This document shows, piece after piece, positions 25,402 through 36,506 of a stretch of 64,000 nt of DNA; the stretch's first letter is position 1, and each line of letters begins with the position of its first letter. The DNA comes from Dipteris shenzhenensis (lineage: Eukaryota). The notes under the pieces were generated by a model that saw only the letters and a program-made list of their open reading frames with translations, had not been told where the DNA came from and made no database searches. The stretch lies in NCBI GenBank assembly GCA_047967505.1, contig CM106538.1, one strand, 5' to 3'. A program made the position numbers and the translations under genes.

Positions 25402-26640
25402 CTATGGTGCTGTAGATGTACACTCGGTCTCTACTTCTTCTGTAGTATGTAGTGCTTTCGGAGTAGACTCAGTATCCTCTTCCTTAAATGCAAGCGGAGG
25501 CGGTGGCAACTCTTTTGATGCTTCCAGTGGAGGCTGTGGTGCTGTAGGTGTACATTTGGTCTCTGTAGTGTGCAGTGCTTTCATAGTAGACTCAGTCTCC
25601 TCTTTCTTAAAGGGAAGCTCTGGTATTGCTTCAGTTGCACGTTGTATTCTAATGGCAGCAATTAGGTCTCGAATGATTTCAGCCCTAAATAATTGTATAT
25701 CCTCCTCTGAATATTTGAGCTCCAAAGAGTCTTCCGATGAGATCTGTGGCTTAAGTGAGAAAATTTCTTTGAAAATCAACATGCAGTTGTAGGCAAATCT
25801 CCACCCACAACTATGCCCATCTTCCTGCTCTACTACTAAACGCTTTTGGAAGTCTACCGAGTCTTTGTACTGTCCTGTTTCTCTGATAGCAGATACCAAC
25901 TTCTCAATCGACCTGCTCATCGTGACATATTAAAAAAACTTAGTGTATCTATCACATAAGGTACATAATATAGAAGTAACAACAGATTAATAGAATACTT
26001 ATGTTTGCACTGAGCCATGAAAGCCTGCAATCGAGTTAACAAACCAACAATAGTTGTCTTCAAGGTTCCAAACCACCAGACTCCAATGTTCCCTACACGA
26101 ATACTTAAGAACCATTATTATTTAACACAATGTTGCCAGTATAAGATGAAAATAAAGGTTGCCATGATACTTACATCTCATGATATGCCATAAATAGGAC
26201 TCGCACACCATGTAAATGTAAAGGCTATAATAATTTACAAACATCGGCTATTGTCTTTCTGCTATCGCTAAGTATAGGAGAAAGGAGGGAATCCAACATA
26301 TACACACGATTTTGTACGACTCTACCAAATCGTGAGATAACTATACTGCACCAACAAATAAATGAATATTAGCTTATTAGATTTAATCAAAATAAATGAA
26401 TATTAGCTTATTAGCTTATTAGATTTAATCAAAATATTGAATTATCAAGTAGAGAAAAAGTTTGTATCAAACCTGAGAATGGCCATCATAACGTTGTTAT
26501 TGACCTCATTTGAAGCTCTAGAGAGAATTGAAATCTCCTCTCCCCCAAATTCAAGATACTGAGGTCTATGTTGAATCATAACCCTAACATTAAAAGAGCT
26601 TCCCAATTCTTTTAATGAAGCCATGTTTGTAGAGTTGAGG
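25402..26640 (-). other. Ulp1/C48-like protease domain 3 plus repetitive tail
   Basis: EVNNNVMMAIL, VLFMAYHE, EHWSLVVWNLEDNYCWFVNS and EQEDGHSCGWRFAYNC, with the same intron positions as domain 1. Confidence 0.8.
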
Positions 26641-26679
26641 TCAACTATCCTCTTTGACTCTTTGATGGCATTCATTTCG

Positions 26680-27690
26680 CAATCAATGATTGCTCGAATG
26701 GTACATGTTATAAATGCATAGAGATGCAAATCCGTATATGTTGATAGTGTGGTGTCATTTTGCATCTCAAAAATTTGACCAAGTACCAAAAAGCAATTGT
26801 AGCCCACCCTCCATCCACAATTATAGATGTGGCTATTATCTTGATGTGATACCTGACATGTTATATACTCTATTTGTTGTGCCAAGTCACATTGCCGCAT
26901 TACTATGTCGATAGCATCTACTAATTTTCGAGCTGATCTGCATATCAAAACATATAACAACAGTGAATATGTGCATTGCATATCAATCTACATGTCAAGA
27001 AGTGACAACAAGTGTAGTCTATACTTATACTAACACATTGCCATGGACGGATGTCATTGAGTTTGCAAAGAAGCACTTCTTCGCAAGGATGTCCACGACT
27101 ACCAGACTCCAATGTGAGCTGCATTATCAATAAAGAATAATTACTGTGTTTGAGACAATTCTAGCAATGCAATAGAAAAAACAAGTAGGGTTTGATGCTT
27201 ACTTCTCATAATATGCTGTAAAAATAACTTGTGCGTCATTCATAGGAATGTGCTTCAACCACTTGCAAACATTCTCTATGGTTTCTTCTTTGTTGCTAAG
27301 CACTTCCGAAATACGAGGATCGAGCATATATGAAACGCTTTGTATATTTTGCAGAAAATTTGCTATAACATTACTATATTAAAAAAAAAAGTATTAGCTT
27401 CTTGGGTTTAATAAAAATAAGCAAAGTATAAAGCCAAGGAAAAGGCTGCATCAAACCTGAGGATGGTTGTAATGACTTTGACATTAACCTCATTCTTAGG
27501 ATTCAAGAGGATTGAAATCTCTTCTTCACCAAATTCAAAAAAATGAGGTTATTGTCGAATTAACAACATAGCAGTGAATGAACTTCCAATCTGCTCCAAT
27601 AGATTCATATTTTTATGACTCATCTTATTGAGGGAGTAGTCTACATCGTATTCTTCTTCACTTGCTATGTCCTCCACATCCTCCTTCTGC
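26680..27690 (-). other. Ulp1/C48-like protease domain 2
   Basis: SHWSLVVVDILAKKCFFANS (~27060-27118) and HQDNSHIYNCGWRVGYNC. Confidence 0.75.
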
Positions 27691-28149
27691 CATAAAAATA
27701 TAAAAAAGTTATGCGATGTACACATCCCAAATAAAGGCTTAAACAAGCAGATAAGGTTTCATACATGCTTTCATTAGTGTAAGTCTCTCCTCTGCTTGGA
27801 GCAAAAATTTAAAAAGGTCTCATACACGCTTTCATTAGAGTGAGTCTCTCCTTCTCTTAGATGAAAAATTTAAAAAGTTATGAGATTTACACATCCCAAA
27901 TAAAAATAATGGTTTAAATAATCATAGAAGTATAAAGATAGCATGCTTTCATTAGACAAGTTATGAGATTTACACATTCCAAATAAAATTAATGGTTTAA
28001 ATAATCATAAAAGTATAAAGATAGCATGCTTTCATTAGACTCGGTCTCTTCTCCTTTTGGAAGAAAATATAAAAAAGTTATGAGATTTATACATCCCAAT
28101 TCCCAATTAAAGGCTGGAACAAGCATACAAGTATAAAGATAAGGTTTTA

Positions 28150-29254
28150 TACATGCTGCAATGTAGTCATATTTTCATGTTGTTTCCCAATGGTAGTAAT
28201 TAGATGCTGAATACTCTCAGCCCAAAATGCTAGCAGATCAGCTTCTGTATATGATTCCATTTTGACTGGTATCTCCAAATCAAAAATCTCTCTAAGAAAC
28301 AACATGCAGTTGTAGGCAACTCTCCACCCACAGCTGTGTCCATCTTTTTGCTCCATTGGCAGACGTCTTTTGAATTCTACTTGATCTTGTTGCTCCGTGG
28401 TTGTTCTGACAGCAGATACTAGCCGATATGCAGCACTGTCCAGCATGACATATGAAATATATTAATATGTCATGATCATAAGATACAAAATAAGAAAGTA
28501 TCAAAAATATTAAGAGAACAATTACCTTGGGGAGTTGGCATGATAGCCTTCTATTGAATTCACAAACCATAAATGGTTGAGTTCAAGGTCCCAGAAGATC
28601 AGACTCCAATGTGAGCTACACGACCAGAATAAAAATGATTATTGTTTTACACAAACTTGCCAAAGAAATAGTAAAAATAAGGTTAGAGTTGATACTTACG
28701 CCTCATGATAAGGCATTAAGATGACTCGCACCCCATCTAAATTCAAAGGGCTTAACCAGGTACAAACATCTTCTATAGTCTTTTAAGGAGAGCTAAGAAT
28801 AGAAGAAAGGAGAGCATCGAGCATGTAGACACGATGCTACACTGTACTAGGAAGCTGAGAAATAACTACACTACACCAAGAAATAAACAAACATTAGCTC
28901 ATAGAATTGATTTGCATTCTGCACTAGGAAACTGATATATAACTGAACTGTGAATAAATAAACAAATGTTAGCTTATTGAAGTAGCAATAAATAAATAAA
29001 CATTACCTGAGAATGGCCAAGATAACATTGTCATTAACCTCTTTTAAAGGATTGGAGAGGATTGAAACCTCCTCTCTACCAAAGCTTAAATACTGAGGTT
29101 CTCGTTTCAAAACGATCCTAACTTGAAATGAGCTCTCCATTTTATCTAATGCAGCTAAATTTGATTTTTCAATCAAATTTAGAGGTGGTTGCATTGTTGA
29201 AGTAGAAGGGAGTGCCTCCGTATTGACTTCATCCATTTCTTCTCCCTCTATTGC
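28150..29254 (-). other. Ulp1/C48-like protease domain 1 (spliced, with stops)
   Basis: Exons encode EVNDNVILAIL, VILMPYHE, SHWSLIFWDLELNHLWFVNS and EQKDGHSCGWRVAYNC. Confidence 0.8.
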
Positions 29255-29589
29255 CTGTAAACAAATATGAGAGATTAGATTCATTATCTTTAAATTTAAA
29301 TCTTATTTAAAAAATTGTATTTAGTTGAGAAATAGAGAGTTCATACCGCTAAGTATTGTCGTAGTGGCCTTTTTTTATAACCCTGCGAGCCATAATTATC
29401 AAAGAAGGCATCATCATATTTGTCTTCATCCACCAACCTCTCTGTGAATGGGTCATGTAAGTCCATCTTTTCATCATCAACAACTGGGACATTATGATCT
29501 TCAAGGTAATCATCCATGTCATCAGTGTCCTTGTGGTCTATCTCTTTTTCATAGCATGTGGTTAGATCTGCTTGAAGCTGGAAATAGGC

Positions 29590-30190
29590 CATGAAATGCT
29601 TATTTTCAATAATATTGGTGGAGTTGCCTTTTCTTAGGAGATCCTCAAATAAATATCCCATCCTGCACAAGGTGACCTCCCAACCTACCGGCAGCAAATT
29701 CTCCATTATGGTAAGCAAGAGACTCCCACTTTTTGCAGGACTTCCATAGTTGTTTTTTTGATAATGTATGGACCTGGGAATATCTTGCTCTTCTAGCATC
29801 AATCTCAAATTATTTGAATTCCCTCTTATGTTCTTTTGTAAGGAGTGATCAGGGTTGGGACTCCGCATACACAGAAAGAATGATTCAAGAGTTTGAATCG
29901 CTATGCCACATTCTCTCTTGCCTCTCTTTGCTGCATAAACACCACTATAGATCTTCAAATCTGATGAATATGCTCGCTCTAGAGTAACCTGCATGGCTTC
30001 TTTGTCTTTTTTATCAACAAATATGACAATGTTACAAATCGCCACTTTGCTAATGGTGGTATATACTATTCTATCAATGAAGTTATGGATATCATCGCTA
30101 GAAACTTCATTGATAAAGAATAGTTGTGGCTTATCCCATGCTGACTCATTCTTGAAGAAGTCATCTTCTGAGACTCCCCTAAAGTTGACA
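29590..30190 (-). other. Degenerate beta-class amino-methyltransferase-like (N6_N4_Mtase) domain
   Basis: Motifs appear in the order typical of beta-class MTases: PQLFFINEV (DLxxxDPPY position), NIVIFV, LESFFLCMR, PAKSGSLLLTIMENLLPVGWEVTL (KPxxLLxxxI..GxxVLD) and GYLFEDLLRKGNSTNIIE (GTTxxAA..GR..IGIE). Catalytic and SAM-binding signatures are not conserved. Confidence 0.5.
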
Positions 30191-33045
30191 AGCTTTCCAG
30201 ACTCTACCGTAACCTCTACATTGAATTGAAAGCTTTGGTGCATATCTGTTGGCATTCTTATCTCGCTAATTAATCTTTCCACATATGCAACCACCTGTTG
30301 TGGGATCTCTTTTCTCATATAAGAGGTTACTATTTCCGACCCATCTTCATCCTTTTTAATCCACCTGTTTGCCCATAGCTTTACCTTGGGTGTTGACAAA
30401 GAAGCTATATGCTTCACCACATTATAGTCAATGTTACAATGAGTAAGTGGAATTTGTTTCTCTGATAGCAAATACTTGATGGCACTATGCATTGCATCAC
30501 GCCTCACCTGTACATTGATGCATTCTTCCATGCAGTGGTCTTTGTCTTTTTTTCCAAAAAACCATTCTTTCTTTAAAATTTTTTGTGCTGCCATGGATGC
30601 ATACTTATCAGGTAAGTACTTTACAGGCCTCCACATCCTTGCCGTCAACTCCTTCTTATCCATTACCTTTGACTTGCCGGAGATAAACAAAGGAGCTTCA
30701 TAGGTCAGCTGTCCACGCTCACAAGCAATGCACGTTTCAAGCATCTCATTGAACACTTCAACAGGACGAAATATGATAGAAGTGTAGTCGGCATATCTGT
30801 CCCTCACCACCTTGAGGCTTGTCATACTTTCTTCCCGCTCTTGGGTTCCCCTAGGCACAAATGCACTCAAAGAAGTATAAAAGTTTGTGAGTGTGTCGGC
30901 GTCTGCTTTTGTGACCTTTCGCTTCAAATCAGGATTTGGAGAACCAAATGTTGTCCATATCACCCTTGCCTTCTGTAAGACCTCTGATGTTGAGGATATC
31001 TTACGCTTTCCATGGACATAATGATTAAGTCTTTCGGACTCAATCAAATACTTAATCTCATGCTTGAATATACAGATCGTTGCAGGATAATAATGGAATG
31101 AGCTTATCTTTACAAATTGTTCTGGAGTGAGTCTTTTGCCCTCCTTTGCTTCCCTTGCGATCTGATTACAAGCATAAGCCCAATGTTGACCATCAATGGG
31201 CTGGAATCTGCAATGAAGGAGAAATTCCTTCTTGACTTCCTTTAGCATATTCTCTCCTTGTGCCTCTTCGCCTTGTTCATGTGGAATATTTTTTAGAGTG
31301 TTTTTAAAGAATTGACTGAAGATCTCCTCGAAATGTGTAGGCCTTGTAAATGTTATTTGATCTAGAAAACTATTTTTGGATTTGCATTGCATAGGATATA
31401 TCAAGGCTTCGGCTATTAGTAAACAGAGCTGCAGCTTCCACATCTTTGGCATTCACAAACCACATCTAACTGCTTCATTAAGACACAGATTAAGATTTTT
31501 GATTGATGTGAGTTCATCGTGATCATCTTCAGCCTCGGATTCTGAGTCTTCTTCATCTTTCTCTTTTTTTGACCGTTTTTCATCCACATTATCTTTTGCT
31601 ACAGTGGGACGATGTCTTTTCTTACTGCTTGGAACCGTGGCTCTTGCAGTACTAGCCTTTTGCATTTCACGTCGTGGTTTGCTAGCAAGAGCTTCTAGCA
31701 TAACTACAGTGGATCGACCTTGATCTTCTTCAATTTTTGCTAATTCCCGTGCACTCAAGGCTTGTTTTTCATCATCCTTAGTTACATCCACCATTTCTGG
31801 CTCTAGAAGTTTGCGCTCATGTTCTACAGGTTTGTGACAATGTGCCTGTTCTTCTTGTCGCTGCATTGAAGTCTGAGCTTTTTGATCTCCTTCATGTGAT
31901 GATTCTTGCATATGGGGAGCATATTCTGCATCCTGAAAGTATTCAAACATTATCTTTGCATGCATCCTTTTTGCCACCACACTAGGAAATTGCTCCCAAG
32001 TATATGAAAGAGTCTCCAATGCCCTTTGCAGCTCTGGAAACTTTGATGGTTGAGGAGGAGGCATCACAAAGGTCTTTGCGTCTCTCCTTGACACAATAAA
32101 ATGCATACCGCCAACTTCAGGATATGAACTCTTTGTTAAAATATCCACAAAGGTGTCTTTTCGCTGAATTATTATGCCTAATACAAGGCTTGAAGTCATA
32201 TCTTTTTTGAAGAAAGTAGCATCCCATGGATCTTCAACACCATTGAACTCCCTTTTTGACATAAGTAGAAAGAGTCTCTTTTCCTTTTGATGAAGAAACC
32301 AAGCTCTTCTACCCATGTGATATCGAGTCCACCTACCAAAGCCATTGGGGCTATATTCCTTTCCTTTGAAATTCAAAGTGACATTAGAAACCCATTCTCT
32401 GATCTCAGAGTCATTTAGCATAGCCATCACATTAGCTGATTGCTCCATAATCCTACAAGAAAAGATAATGAAGAATTTAGATACATACAAGTAAAGTACA
32501 ATATAAAACCCTTGATACAATAAATGTGGGAAATAGCCCAAAAGGCTTTACAAGGCTTCATATGGCAATAAATGTGGGAAATAGCCTAAAAGGCTTAAAT
32601 ATTTGTACAAATGTAAAAGAATTAGCCAATAAAGCTTTACAAGTAATATAAAATGTCGTCTAGTGATAAAGCTTCAATCTTCGTGAAGATTCATGTAATC
32701 TGTCCATCCATTGATATCTGTGCACTGATACCCAACTGATGCAATCTATCCACTAAAAACTGTTCCACTGATATCCACTTATGCAGCCCACATGATATCC
32801 ACTTATGCATCCCACTAATACTCGTTAATTAGTGAATGGTCGGGATGGTCGGGTTTATTACAAGGCGCTTCATATGACAATAAATGTAAAAAATAGCATA
32901 AAAGGCTTTACAAGGATTTTTATGACAATAAATGAGCTTAAATATTTATACAAATGCAATAAAAATAACCAATAATCATCAAGCTCCAATATGTCCCATG
33001 ACATGTAATCTGTCCACTGATATATGTAATCTGTCCACTGATATC

Positions 33046-33599
33046 ATTTCTGCGGGATTCATAGTCTCTCCTGCTGCTGCAAGTTGATTGTTGTAGTCTT
33101 TGATGCGGAGTACATAAGCATGACCGGTTTCACTGCTGTTGCGGAAACTCTGGTTGATCTGGTTTCTCAGGGTGAGAATCCTGGATGTGTTCTTGGACTC
33201 GTAGAGAGCTGCGAACATATCCCATGCTTCTTTTGATGTCTTGACTGTGTTGAGCTGTCCTAGCATGACATCTTGCACATTCTGCTTGATCAGGTGATAG
33301 GCATACTTGTCTTTCTTATCCCATTCTGCTTGAGCTCGGGTAATGGCAGGATCTACTACTGGTGCGAAAACTATTTGTGTAGATGTAGATCCCGATGTAG
33401 ATCCCATTGCTGGTGCTGTGACAACAGATGGAGTAGAGCTACTGGTGGCTGGATCGGCCAATGGTCTAGGTATGGATCCATCGACATACTCCCATTTGTC
33501 TTGAAGCACAAGAATGGTCTCCATTCAGTATTTCCATGTACTGTAATTGGAGTTGTCTAACTTAGCAGATGCCTCCAGATTGAGGTTGCTAGTCGACAT
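33046..33599 (-). pseudogene. Copia family B gag (UBN2-type), truncated
   Basis: MSTSNLNLEASAKLDNSNYSTWKY*METIL..WEYVDGSIPRP..EWDKKDK..SKEAWDMF; it breaks off at the inverted-repeat arm. Confidence 0.85.
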
Positions 33600-34479
33600 G
33601 GTGCAAACAATGTACTCAAAAGTGTCCTGAAAAACTCTGTATGAATCAACTGCAAATACACTGAAGATGCCAAGTGAAATCTCTGTACCGTCGATGAAGA
33701 TAGAACTGCAGTAAATAAGATCTGATCTATGTTACAAGGCTTGTGGCAATGATGCCGGGAATAGCCAAGAGGCTTTACAAGGCTGAAAAATGATGTGCAC
33801 GATGCCGTGAGATAGCCAAATAGGCTTTACAATGGTGGCATGTGTGTGAAATCAAGTGCTATCTGCCCACTGAATCAATCTGCAATGCCTCTAAACTCTG
33901 AAGTCTGCTCACTGAACTGATGAACGTAAGGTTTTAGGTAATGTAATGATGTGAAATCGAATGTGAGCGTATAGGTACTAGTCGGGAATTTCGGGCATGG
34001 CTTAGATTGGCAACTTGGGGAATTCAAAGCGTCCCCTCTATGGCGATCTAGTCTACTCTGATCTAGATCTAAACCAACCGTCGATCGATGAAAGAGCAGC
34101 AAATAATTCCTTTTCCTTTGTTCTTTTTAAGTGCTGGGTCAGATGCGTCGATGTAGAGGCAAATGTGCATGAAGGAAGTGGTTTTGTCAGCGAGGCTTAA
34201 ATGTGAGTGTAACTTGCGCCGAAATGTGCGCATGATGTAACGAGCGCGTAGAGCACGAAAAATCGAGCGACTTTCCTTTTTGGAGCACCCTCCAATTCTT
34301 CCTGGATCAAGAGATATGACTTGATCTAGGTGGAGGGGCAAAAGGAGTGCAAATGGTGCTCAATGATGATGTGTCACAGTGAGTCACATGCAGTGATGAT
34401 GTGGGACTGTGCTTAGCAAGAGGTGTGCCAGTGAAGCTCTGTGCTGAGGTGGCAGGAGTGTGCACATGCAGTGTGTGCA

Positions 34480-34775
34480 CAGTGTGCCTGGCAAGGGACT
34501 GTGCCTGCAGAGGGTCAGTGCTGACTGGACTACTGAGGTGGCAGTGCTGAGGTGGCACAGATGATGTTAGCAGGGTGACATGGCACTGATGACGTGGCTT
34601 GATGATGTGGCTTGATGATGTGGCAGATGACATGGCAGTGCTGATGTGGCAGATGATGTGGTAGTGCTGACGTGGCAAATGATGTGGCAGTGCTGATGTG
34701 GCAGATGACGTGGTAGTGCTGACGTGGCAGATGACGTGGGGGCGATGACATGGCAGATAAGGTCTACCACGTGTC
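34480..34775. repeat. Tandem repeats of CTGA(C/T)GTGGCAGATGA, several containing ACGTGG G-box/ABRE-like cores
   Basis: About 10 overlapping GA(C/T)GTGGC units, ending in CACGTG at ~34768. Confidence 0.75.
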
Positions 34776-35011
34776 ACAATGTAAACCAAGCTCTCTGACC
34801 TATGATCAATCTAACTGGGATTAACTTACCCTGACCCAGGTTGGAGCTTATCTGCCATGTGTCAGATGGATGTGGTTGCCTGCCAGAATCTTTTAAGATA
34901 CTCCGAAATCTTTGCAGATTCCGTCGATGGAGTCGTGAGGCTTCGTTGGAGGCTGAAACCGTGCTATGAAGCTTGGAAGCTGACCTTGGATGGGCGCTAT
35001 CGAAGGAGACC

Positions 35012-35420
35012 ACAGGTTGATGAACATAACATTCTTCCCTTGAGAGTCGCAGTTGATGCCCTGCCAGGAAGAGCAAGCATCGTTGCCAGTCCACGACGAC
35101 ACCAAAGTCGTGGGATAATTCATGCCAGCAAGGAACGACAGCAATGTGGTGACTTGTGGGTCGCAGGCTACTCCCACTAGGCTCGAACAGAAGCTGTTTC
35201 CCGAGTATATATAATCGGAAGCGTTGGTGATGGAGGGGATGGAAACTATAGGGCCATCTAGCATGTTGCCATGGACATCCAAGATCTGCAACGAGGACGA
35301 AGAGAACGTGGAAGGTATTTGGCCGACAAGCTTATTGTTGTTGAGCCTGAGTTCTGTGAGCGAGACTGCAGAGCCAAGGGAAGGAGGAATGGGACCAGAG
35401 AAGCTGTTGACGTGAAGGAG
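35012..35420 (-). pseudogene. Captured fragment of a TMK/BARK1-like LRR receptor kinase ectodomain
   Basis: Open frame LHVNSFSGPIPPSLGSAVSLTELRLNNNKLVGQIP..LQILDVHGNMLDGPI..GNSFC..ACDPQVTTLLSFLAGMNYPTTLVSSWTGNDACSSWQGINC: LRRs followed by the TMK-type non-LRR island. Confidence 0.8.
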
Positions 35421-36506
35421 CTTGCTGCTCTGGGAGCTTGATGTTGTAGAAGGCCGCGTTGAGTGCGCTGTCGAAGGCGCTGTTGTGAGAGGCTAGAGGT
35501 GCATGGCGGGGCTGCAGGCGCTAGCATTTTTTAGGAGAGGCGTGCACTTTGCCGTGAGGCGTAGGAGCCATGGAGGAGCCACGTAGGCTTGGAGACAACT
35601 ATTCGAGGCGTGAGGCTAGCGGCGGCCGATCGACAAAGAAGATGACGATGGAGGTGGCCTGTGATACAAGAGGCTGAGAGCCCGTCTGCGTTGGAGTTTT
35701 CGTTGCTTGAAGCCTCAGGTCGTTGGAGTCTCACAAGCTGTAGTCATTGTATTGGGAGGCTTAGAGCCTTAGAGCTGTGGAGTCCAAGCTTTGGCTAAGC
35801 GAGTCATGGGCTTTGCTTGAAGCCTTAGATAGAAGCTTGAGTGTTGGATCTGGTGATGCTACTCGGTGGTCGACGTTGATGTTGGGTCTCTGTTGTAGGT
35901 GGGAGCTCTAAGTTCTTGCCCTTCTCTCAAGCTCTCTCTCTCTTTCACTCACAAAAGTTCTCAGAGAACTTCACACATCTCAAGGAAACCTTTCTTTCTC
36001 ATAAATCACAAAGCTCTCTCACACAAATATAAAACAGATATATCTAAATCTCTCTCTTCGGAAGAGAAGAACTCTCACTCTCACAGAAGAATGAACGGAA
36101 ATATCTCACCAAATGGACGGAATTTTCTCTCAACAGAAGTGAAGGGAAGGATCTCACAATCACTCAAGAGAACTCTCAATCTCACAATCTCTCTCACACT
36201 CTCAAGAATCACAATGTCTCAGCGGAAGACAAGGAAGCTCTGATACCATGACAAAATATGAAGAGGGGAGAGGAGAAGAGTGGAGATGAGGAGAGAGGGC
36301 ACAACTAGAGAGCACACCACAAAATGACTAACAGTACACTAGAATTAGTTGAAAAAATAAAATATATACAAACCCTTTTAGGGTTAGGGTTAGGGGATCT
36401 AACCCTTTCCTTTATAGCACTCTATAAGGTTAGTGCTATGCACATATGATCACGTGATGGTGCTATGCACACATGATCACATGATGTTGAGCGTGAACTC
36501 TCAACA

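Larger units (their letters stand above)
25334..32448 (-). pseudogene. Cargo gene copy 2: multi-exon ParB-like + degenerate N4/N6 DNA methyltransferase-like + three Ulp1-like protease domains
   Basis: One large exon (32448-29347, broken by ~34- and ~74-bp deletions) ends at GCG|GTATGA and splices in frame to TTACAG|GCAATA at 29254. Further GT-AG exons follow and encode three C48-like repeats. In-frame TAG/TAA stops occur in the protease exons. Confidence 0.7.
22317..33045. repeat. Inverted duplication with arms 22317-24640 and 30840-33045
   Basis: The arms are reverse complements apart from scattered substitutions and three deletions in the right arm (about 10, 34 and 74 bp). These account for the 118-bp length difference. 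Confidence 0.95.
33046..36506 (-). mobile_element. Truncated Ty1/copia family B: 5' LTR (36249-36506), PBS, ~2.6-kb leader, start of gag
   Basis: LTR TGTTGAGAG...TTTTGTCA, then PBS TGGTATCAGAGC (36237-36248, minus strand). It is inserted into the integrase of the family A element. Confidence 0.85.

Noticed and set aside
29590-30190. Active DNA methyltransferase
   Set aside because: The (D/S/N)PP(Y/F) and FxGxG motifs are not conserved and this gene copy is disrupted; only a degenerate fold is proposed.
34893-35527. Functional host receptor-kinase gene
   Set aside because: Only an internal ectodomain fragment, with no signal peptide, TM or kinase domain, and embedded in a retrotransposon leader.
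36372-36405. Interstitial telomere (TTAGGG x3)
   Set aside because: Only three units, inside the family B LTR; at most a telo-box-like promoter motif.
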